Shown here piece after piece: positions 57,576 through 64,000 of a DNA stretch of 64,000 nt. A program made the position numbers and the translations under genes. This DNA comes from Nanobdellota archaeon (GTDB lineage: Archaea > Nanobdellota > Nanobdellia > Tiddalikarchaeales > Tiddalikarchaeaceae), in the NCBI GenBank assembly GCA_016931175.1, contig JAFGFH010000022.1, forward strand, positions 17,527-81,526, read 5' to 3'. Under the pieces are notes generated by a model, which saw only the letters and a list, made by a program, of their open reading frames with translations, was not told where the DNA came from and made no database searches. Each line of letters opens with the position of its first letter. Position 1 is the stretch's first letter.

Positions 57576-57746
57576 TAAATAATTGATTAACTAATGATTT
57601 TTAATGTTTTTCTTAATAAATCCCTATCAAAATTATCTTTTTGTTTTTAAAACATAAAGTTAAAAAGTAATACATTTGTCATACTCATATAGAGAAGCAA
57701 AGTGAGGGGTTACACAACAACGGCATAACCCGAACACTCTGAACCA

Positions 57747-57818
57747 CGCCCTGACTGGGATTCGAACCCAGGTTATCGGCGTGACAGACCAATGTCCTAA
57801 CCACTAGACTATCAGGGC
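57747..57818 (-). tRNA. tRNA-Asp(GTC)
   Basis: GCCCTGA acceptor, anticodon arm TTGGT-CTGTCAC-GCCGA, T-arm CTGGG-TTCGAAT-CCCAG, G discriminator. Confidence 0.96.
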
Positions 57819-57860
57819 AATATTAGAATTATGGGATTATAGTGTTTTTAAAGTTTTTTC

Positions 57861-59279
57861 TTAATCTTCGGTTTCAATTCTTTCTTTCCTAGGCTCGATA
57901 TCAACCATTATCGCGTTAGTAGCTACTGTGGATTGCACTTTGCCTTCAGCGTCCAAGACTTCAACAATCGTCTTGTCCAGTCTTAACTCACCTATGTAGC
58001 CAACCTTGCTCTTCATCCTGTAAGAGAGTATGATATTCTCATTAGGTTTTAACTTGCCAAGATTCCATAAAATAAAACTGCCTCCTTCGCTCTTCTTAAC
58101 CTCGCCGTGCAAAGTGCCGTAATCAAAAACGTCAGAAATAATTGGTGGCAAAGGCTCCATAACCCTCACGCGGTTAACATTATTCTTGCTGACATTAGAG
58201 ATGTTCAAGACAACCTTGAAAGAGATATTATTAGGTCCTGACTTGAAATCAAAGATTTCACGAGAAACGGAAACCATCCTAGTAAAGTAATAAAACAAGT
58301 AAACCAAACCAATAATAAGGAAAGGTAATAAGTATAAGACTGAATAATTCAACTCGTAAGATAATTCAATACTCTCGCCAGGAGATAGTTCAGGAACGTG
58401 GAAGATAATGCTATTACTGATTAGGGTATAATCAGTGCTCGCGCCTGAAATGAAATAAGAATCAAAAGCGTTAAGCGGGACTTCGTAATCAAAACCTTGA
58501 ATAATCAATGTTCCCTTGTTAGAAATTAATATACCATTAGTTGTAGTAACAATACTAGTGGATGAAACCGACTCTGTTGAATTCTGAGCATAACCAATTA
58601 TGCTGAACTGTTCAACCTTGCTGCCGAAACTAGTATCATACCACATAATACCCACTCGGACATTAGCAGTTGTTGGAGGCAGATTAGAATCAAGAACTAT
58701 TGGAATACTAACACTATTATTCCCGAAAGGAGTGTTCACAACTTCAAGACTATAATATAAGGATGTGCCGTCGAGTGCGTAAACTTCAACAGTCGCGTAA
58801 ACCTTTTGAATCAAATCACTGTAACCATTCTCATAATTTAAATTAATATTAAAGGCTTGGCGCGGGTCAACCTGGGAAGGAACATCAATGCTGTTGAAAA
58901 CGAAATACTTTTCCGGCCCTTCAACAGTGTAACTAATAGTCTGACTAGTCTGGATAATACCGTCAATGTCAAAATAAACACTATCATAATACCTGCCCTC
59001 CTTAGCTGAATCAGAAACAGTGGCTTTTAAAACAATAATTGAGAAACCGTTCGCTGGAACAGACACTATATAACCAGGTATGAAACTCGGATTTAACTTG
59101 TCGCTAATCATGAACATAATAACTTGTTTTTCAACGCTTGAAGGGTTAGAAAATGAAATGTTATACTCAACCATTTCACCAGGTTTAACACTAGCATCCA
59201 CTGGGTTTATTTGAATATTAAAACAGAAACCTGAACTAATAAAGGTTAATAATAAGATTAAAGCAAACCACTTCTTCAT
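57861..59279 (-). CDS. Secreted/membrane protein with beta-sandwich (Ig-like) domains on both sides of a TM helix
   Basis: Signal peptide, internal TM YSVLYLLPFLIIGLVYLFYYF, W.LG.L.P.E...LSY motif. Confidence 0.75.
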   Translation of the reverse strand: MKKWFALILLLTFISSGFCFNIQINPVDASVKPGEMVEYNISFSNPSSVEKQVIMFMISDKLNPSFIPGYIVSVPANGFSIIVLKATVSDSAKEGRYYDSVYFDIDGIIQTSQTISYTVEGPEKYFVFNSIDVPSQVDPRQAFNINLNYENGYSDLIQKVYATVEVYALDGTSLYYSLEVVNTPFGNNSVSIPIVLDSNLPPTTANVRVGIMWYDTSFGSKVEQFSIIGYAQNSTESVSSTSIVTTTNGILISNKGTLIIQGFDYEVPLNAFDSYFISGASTDYTLISNSIIFHVPELSPGESIELSYELNYSVLYLLPFLIIGLVYLFYYFTRMVSVSREIFDFKSGPNNISFKVVLNISNVSKNNVNRVRVMEPLPPIISDVFDYGTLHGEVKKSEGGSFILWNLGKLKPNENIILSYRMKSKVGYIGELRLDKTIVEVLDAEGKVQSTVATNAIMVDIEPRKERIETED

Positions 59280-59315
59280 ACTTAGTAAGTATTAACCCAT
59301 AGTTTTTAAATTCTT

Positions 59316-60038
59316 TTACAAACAAGGCTTAAACACGTTTCTAACATTGGATTCTATGATTTTCTCAGCCTCTGAAAGCCTTAAACCCTTAATTTCAGCA
59401 ATCTTCTCATAAGACTTAACAACGTTTAAAGGAGTATTCCTTTCAAACTTCCACAAGTAAGGACTGTCAGTCTCGCAAAACAAGCGGTTAATGGGAGTAT
59501 TACTAACCAAGTACTGGTATTGCTCAGAGTAAACCACTGAAGGAGGAATGCTGAAAAAGACTTGCTTTAATTCCAAAGCCTTACTAAATGCTTTCTTACT
59601 TCCTGAAAACGAGTGCAGAATAACCGGCACTTTAACCTTATCAACCACTTCAAGCACTTCTAAATGCGCTTTTCTTGAATGAACGATTAAAGGCTTCCCT
59701 AACTCTTCAGCCACACCAATCATTTTCTTGAAAACTTCCTCCTGGCCATTTAAATCCTTCAAGTAATCCAATCCAACCTCTCCAACTGCCAAGAAATTAT
59801 CCTTATTACTTCTTAACTGGTGAACTACTCTCTCATCAAAACTGCAAGTAGGATGCATCCCAAGACAAGGAAATACGTTATTATAATTAGACGCCAAGTT
59901 TAAGACTCTAGTATTAGAATCGTAATCCAAGCCAGTCTCAAAAATTATAATATTTTTATTCCCGCATTCTTTAATAACTTCAGCCCTGTCCTTATTAAAA
60001 GCCTCATCCAGCAAGTGGCAATGAATGTCAAAAAACAT
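59316..60038 (-). CDS. tatD: TatD family nuclease
   Basis: DIHCHL, GMHP, GEVGLDY, VHSR, LHSF, ETDSPY. Confidence 0.95.
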   Translation of the reverse strand: MFFDIHCHLLDEAFNKDRAEVIKECGNKNIIIFETGLDYDSNTRVLNLASNYNNVFPCLGMHPTCSFDERVVHQLRSNKDNFLAVGEVGLDYLKDLNGQEEVFKKMIGVAEELGKPLIVHSRKAHLEVLEVVDKVKVPVILHSFSGSKKAFSKALELKQVFFSIPPSVVYSEQYQYLVSNTPINRLFCETDSPYLWKFERNTPLNVVKSYEKIAEIKGLRLSEAEKIIESNVRNVFKPCL

Positions 60039-60079
60039 AATAGTAAACTATAAAACTGCATATTTATTAAGAATTCCTT

Positions 60080-60970
60080 ATGAAGGGAGAAGTGCTTATA
60101 ATACTATTATTACTAATAGGATTAGCATGGGTCTTCTATAATTATACTTGGACGTTCTACTTGTTCACTGCAATGATAATAGTATTAATCATTTACATAT
60201 TCTTTGTTAAAAAATACGACGAGTTCGAAAGGGGAATAATATTCAGGATGGGCAAGTTTAACAGAGTAGCTGGTCCGGGATGGGTTATAGTAATACCCTT
60301 TTTTGAAAAAGAATACAAGAGGATAGATGCGAGAACTCAAATGATAGACTTGGTTATAAACGAGTCATTCACAGCAGACGATTTAAGGCTTGAAGTTGAA
60401 GGATTATTCTATTACAGGATAATAGACCCTGAAAAGGCTTTACTGAAGATTGAAAATTACGAGAAGGGAATAAAGAACTTGATAACGTCAGAGACTAGGA
60501 ATACTATAGGCAGTTTGAACATGAGGGAAGTCTTTGCCAACATTAACAAATTAAACAGTATATTAACAGACAGGATAAGGCATAACAGCTGGAAATGGGG
60601 AATAGACTTTAGCATGGTCCAGTTGAAAAGCGTAACTCCTCCAATAGAAATAGCAGAAGCAATAGAGTCAAAAGAAGTAGCAGCTCAGGAGTTGCAGGCG
60701 CAGAGGTTCAAGGCTGAAGCCCAGAAGGTTACAATCAGCGCTTTAGGAAAAGCAAGCGAGAACTTAACTGACCAGGCAATGATGTACTTGTACATACAAG
60801 CACTTAAGGAATTAGGGCGGGGTGAAGGAAGCAAAATATTATTCCCTGCAGAGTTCATGAAAATCGTTGACGGAATAGGAAGCAGCCTGAAAAAAGACAG
60901 TTTGAAAGGATTAGACACTAACGCTTTAATACAGCAGGTTAAAGACAAGATACTTGAAAGCCAGAAGTAA
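60080..60970 (+). CDS. SPFH/Band 7 (stomatin-like) protein
   Basis: N-terminal TMs, ERGIIFRMGK, GPG...IPF, WGI. Confidence 0.92.
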   Translation: MKGEVLIILLLLIGLAWVFYNYTWTFYLFTAMIIVLIIYIFFVKKYDEFERGIIFRMGKFNRVAGPGWVIVIPFFEKEYKRIDARTQMIDLVINESFTADDLRLEVEGLFYYRIIDPEKALLKIENYEKGIKNLITSETRNTIGSLNMREVFANINKLNSILTDRIRHNSWKWGIDFSMVQLKSVTPPIEIAEAIESKEVAAQELQAQRFKAEAQKVTISALGKASENLTDQAMMYLYIQALKELGRGEGSKILFPAEFMKIVDGIGSSLKKDSLKGLDTNALIQQVKDKILESQK

Positions 60971-61004
60971 AGGTTTATAAATAAGATATTTTTTCTTAAA
61001 TAAG

Positions 61005-61313
61005 ATGCAAGCGTCGATTAAAATTATTTCAGAAAACAGCATAAATGCTTTCCTAGAAAACGCTTCACTTGAGAGTTTTAGAAAAGCAGATTTTGAAAAA
61101 AAAGACTTAAAAGGTTATGAAAATATTCTGCAATTCTTAGAAATAGAAGAGAATAAAACAAACGTTAATAATGATGATTTATTAACTATTGCAGGAATAT
61201 CCTGCCTTAAACATTACAGGCTTGACAAGGAAATGCCTTTCATCGCGTTAAGATACGAAGGTTCTGTCTACGCAACCTATTTCAGTAAAACAATTATAAG
61301 AATCATACAATAA
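61005..61313 (+). CDS. Hypothetical protein
   Basis: 102-aa ORF, TTTATAAA about 25 bp upstream. Confidence 0.6.
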   Translation: MQASIKIISENSINAFLENASLESFRKADFEKKDLKGYENILQFLEIEENKTNVNNDDLLTIAGISCLKHYRLDKEMPFIALRYEGSVYATYFSKTIIRIIQ

Positions 61314-61970
61314 TTACTCTTTAATCTTCTTAAACAATCCAGCTAAAGCTTTTGCTTCTTTCTTGCGTATAAAGGCGCGGTTCATCAAATTCTCCATAAT
61401 TACCTTAAAATTTTCAAAGTTGTGCACTCTCTCACCTGCTGCTTCCAAGCGCAGCAGGACTGCCCTGCGCTCCCTCTTATTCGCAACGTGTTTAACCTCT
61501 GCTTTTTCCTTAAACAACTCGTACAATATTATTGCCAAAGCATGACTAATATTAAGCGTCTTATAAGACTTATTGGCAGGAATGTGAACCAGTAAGTCGC
61601 ACGCTTCAAGTTCGGGATTAAACAAACCCTTATCCTCCCTGCCTAAAACAATAGAATAGTGAAGTTTTGAATCAATATTCTTAGTTAATTGTTCAGGAGT
61701 TAAGTAAACCCTCCTAAGATTATGGCCTGTTCCAGTCTTAGCGCTCGTAGCTATCAAATAATCTGCGCCTACATCGTTTAATGAATCAAGTATCTTGGCA
61801 GATTCTAAAATCTTAACTGAACGCATAGCTCTTGCTTTACTCTCATTACTTAAAACTTCACAAGAAGGGTTTACGAGAAAGAGTTTAGAAACCCCGAAGT
61901 TAGCCATTACTCTCGCAATAGCTCCTAAGTTACCGCTCGTCTCAGCGCCAACAACTGTAACACTAATCAT
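61314..61970 (-). CDS. trmJ: tRNA 2'-O-methyltransferase, TrmJ/SpoU family
   Basis: GNLGAIARVMANFG, LGRED.GL, LNISHA.AI.LYE. Confidence 0.9.
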   Translation of the reverse strand: MISVTVVGAETSGNLGAIARVMANFGVSKLFLVNPSCEVLSNESKARAMRSVKILESAKILDSLNDVGADYLIATSAKTGTGHNLRRVYLTPEQLTKNIDSKLHYSIVLGREDKGLFNPELEACDLLVHIPANKSYKTLNISHALAIILYELFKEKAEVKHVANKRERRAVLLRLEAAGERVHNFENFKVIMENLMNRAFIRKKEAKALAGLFKKIKE

Positions 61971-61997
61971 TAAAAAACATTAACTGGTTTAATATTT

Positions 61998-62789
61998 ATG
62001 AATTTATTGACTCACGTAATATTTGGTTTGGCATTAAGCGAGTGTTTAAGTCTTAACATTTTCTACGTAATACTTGGAGCAGTAATTCCTGACTTTGATT
62101 ACTTCTTCGGGGTTGGGCATAGGACTGTAATGCACTCCTTACTGTTCATAATAATCATTTCTTTCTTAATCTATTACAAGAATAAGAGGAAAGGAATAAG
62201 CTTATTCATAGGCTTCTCTTCGCACTTAATACTTGACACTTTAACTACTCAAGGAGTCATGCTCTTATGGCCTTTGAAAACCTTTTTCTCTTACAATTTA
62301 TTCAACAGCACTGCTAATGCTCCGAACTTTACAGTAATAATAATTAGTTTTGTTTTAATAATTAACAAGGATATTATACTTGAAAAATTATCAAATTTTA
62401 AAAGCAGTAATGTGAGAATAGCAACCTTTTCCATAATAGTCTTATTATTAATCCCTGCAATATTCTACACGTGGTACGAAGACAGCAAATGCTTTACTGC
62501 ATCAATAAATGATTTATTAAAAAATCCTGATTATTACAATAAAGCTTGTGTTATAGTAAACGGTGTTGTTTGCTCAATTGTTGAGGATTACACCAGTTCT
62601 GGTTCAGTAGAGTATAAAATATTCAACATTTGCAGTGAAGAAGACGAGCTTCTCGTCTGGTCATTGAAGAGTATAACTCCATACTTAGAATATTATGATA
62701 ATATAACCATAACAGGGATTTTCACAACCAAGTATTATGAATCCTCAGGCTACGAGTTGTACATGATTAAAAGTGTAAGGAAAAATTAA
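61998..62789 (+). CDS. Membrane-bound metal-dependent hydrolase (YdjM-like) with C-terminal OB-fold-like domain
   Basis: TH, PDFD, HRTVMHSL, SHLILD, GVMLLWP. Confidence 0.85.
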   Translation: MNLLTHVIFGLALSECLSLNIFYVILGAVIPDFDYFFGVGHRTVMHSLLFIIIISFLIYYKNKRKGISLFIGFSSHLILDTLTTQGVMLLWPLKTFFSYNLFNSTANAPNFTVIIISFVLIINKDIILEKLSNFKSSNVRIATFSIIVLLLIPAIFYTWYEDSKCFTASINDLLKNPDYYNKACVIVNGVVCSIVEDYTSSGSVEYKIFNICSEEDELLVWSLKSITPYLEYYDNITITGIFTTKYYESSGYELYMIKSVRKN

Positions 62790-62817
62790 TAACAAGACGG
62801 CATTTATTTCTTTAATA

Positions 62818-63480
62818 ATGACTTACCCTGATGAATGGAATTGTCCAATATGCAAGACTCATGTAAGGAATGAAGAACGGTGCCCTAACTGCACTTATCC
62901 AGGATTATGGCACTGCCCTAACTGCGGTAAGAGAATGGATTCTACAATGGTTTGCAAAGAGTGCGGGTATAACCTTATGAATCCTTCAAAGTCAAAGAAG
63001 GTGATTAAAAGGAACCAGGTACTGACAATAGTAGTCGTTGTTTACGCTTTAATACTTGCTTATGTTGTTTTCAGAATAATGACTCAGGATAAGATAACAA
63101 ATATGGGAGATTTGTTAATAAATTCTGACATAAGTTTCGTATTCTATTCCTTCCAAAAACTGGATAGTGTCAGTTTCACATTAACCAGTCCTTCAATGCA
63201 GGATTATTTTTACGAATCGGTTAGTAATAATGCTAATAATTGGGCGGTTATGAACTTAACACTTAACGAGTCAGGTAATTGGATTGTTAGTGTTGAAAAA
63301 ACTAAAGACGGTAGAGTAACAAGTTTTTCCCAGACTTTTAAAATAAATAGCGAGTGCACGAGGGACGAGCATTGTGTTGCTTACGATGATTATGAGTGCA
63401 ATACTGCTTTAGGAATTTGCGTGCAGCACCAGCCTGGAATGTTTGACTTCCTTGATGAGATAGGAGTGAAGATTATATAA
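62818..63480 (+). CDS. Zn-ribbon membrane protein
   Basis: Four CxxC motifs, one TM helix, Cys-rich C-terminus. Confidence 0.75.
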   Translation: MTYPDEWNCPICKTHVRNEERCPNCTYPGLWHCPNCGKRMDSTMVCKECGYNLMNPSKSKKVIKRNQVLTIVVVVYALILAYVVFRIMTQDKITNMGDLLINSDISFVFYSFQKLDSVSFTLTSPSMQDYFYESVSNNANNWAVMNLTLNESGNWIVSVEKTKDGRVTSFSQTFKINSECTRDEHCVAYDDYECNTALGICVQHQPGMFDFLDEIGVKII

Positions 63481-63504
63481 ACTACTGTGTCTTATATTCA
63501 ATTT

Positions 63505-64000
63505 ATGAATTTCAGCGAGAAAGAGGTTAAAGAGCTTGCAATATCCGCAATTGCTTTAGCAGTAATTTTCTCATTAAGAGAATTATTGGCAGGAGGCTCC
63601 TGGATTGCTGTAATATTCTCTTCTTTAATACTAATAAGCATCTCCTTATTTGTTAAGATGTACTCTCATAAGAGGGTTGCTGAAAAGTATGATTGCGGCG
63701 CTGTTTACAAGTTCAACTATTACTTATTCATAATAAGCTTATTAATAGCTTTAATAACTAATGGGGGAATAGTTTTCGCAGCCCTGGGTTCAATAATTAT
63801 CAGCTCATCATTATATACACGATTAGGCCACAAGTTCGTGAACATTACACAAAAAGAGTCTGGTTTAATTGCTTTAAGCGGTTCCATGGCTAATGTTATC
63901 GCCGCCCTGGTCTGCTTAATATTATACCCTTTAAGTAATGATTTCTTCCAATTAGGTTTGAATATTAACATATTCATGGCATTGTTTAACATGATACCTT
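63505..64000 (+). CDS. M50/site-2 protease-like membrane protein (runs off the window end; HExxH degenerate)
   Basis: MNFSEKEVKEL..., KMYSHK at the HExxH position, GLIALSG..AN, ALFNMIP. Confidence 0.75.
   Translation, partial: MNFSEKEVKELAISAIALAVIFSLRELLAGGSWIAVIFSSLILISISLFVKMYSHKRVAEKYDCGAVYKFNYYLFIISLLIALITNGGIVFAALGSIIISSSLYTRLGHKFVNITQKESGLIALSGSMANVIAALVCLILYPLSNDFFQLGLNINIFMALFNMIP

Larger units (their letters stand above)
52041..57760. mobile_element. tRNA-Asp-anchored array of five single-gene cassettes delimited by att-like tRNA 3'-end copies
   Basis: Co-oriented copies at 52041, 53049, 54462, 54897 and 56017 plus the tRNA itself at 57747; one gene per interval; AT-rich cargo. 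Confidence 0.75.

Noticed and set aside
52041-57760. CRISPR array interpretation of the CGCCCTGACT repeats
   Set aside because: Repeats are 10-14 bp, intervals are 0.4-1.7 kb and contain whole genes, the repeat equals the tRNA 3' end, and no cas genes are present.
52041-57760. Single provirus or integrative element
   Set aside because: No integrase, capsid, replication or conjugation gene was recognised, and five att-like copies are present rather than one.
63720-63992. Minus-strand 90-aa ORF
   Set aside because: It is antisense to the M50-like gene that starts at 63505 and runs off the window.

Overview
AT-rich archaeal genome segment, most likely DPANN (Nanoarchaeota/Woesearchaeota-like). 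This is inferred from the archaeal ribosomal protein set, the N-terminally extended uS14, split RNA polymerase subunits and very compact, often leaderless genes. Bases 1-12.8 kb hold the S10/spc ribosomal superoperon (uL3 to secY, minus strand). Bases 14.5-22 kb hold RtcB, archease, a nucleotidyltransferase, msrA, tRNA-Ser, a divergent KptA/Tpt1-like gene, a candidate ncRNA, a rhomboid and TsaC. Bases 22-39 kb hold tRNA-Lys, rpoH-B''-B'-A'-A'', eL30, nusA, uS12, uS7, EF-2, EF-1A and uS10, interrupted by orphan genes. Bases 39-64 kb are accessory. The most striking structure lies at 52.0-57.8 kb: five co-oriented copies of the 3' end of tRNA-Asp(GTC) partition the DNA downstream of that tRNA into five segments carrying exactly one gene each, with no integrase in the window. 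This looks like an integron-like, tRNA-anchored gene-cassette array. All calls were made by eye from motifs; no searches were run.
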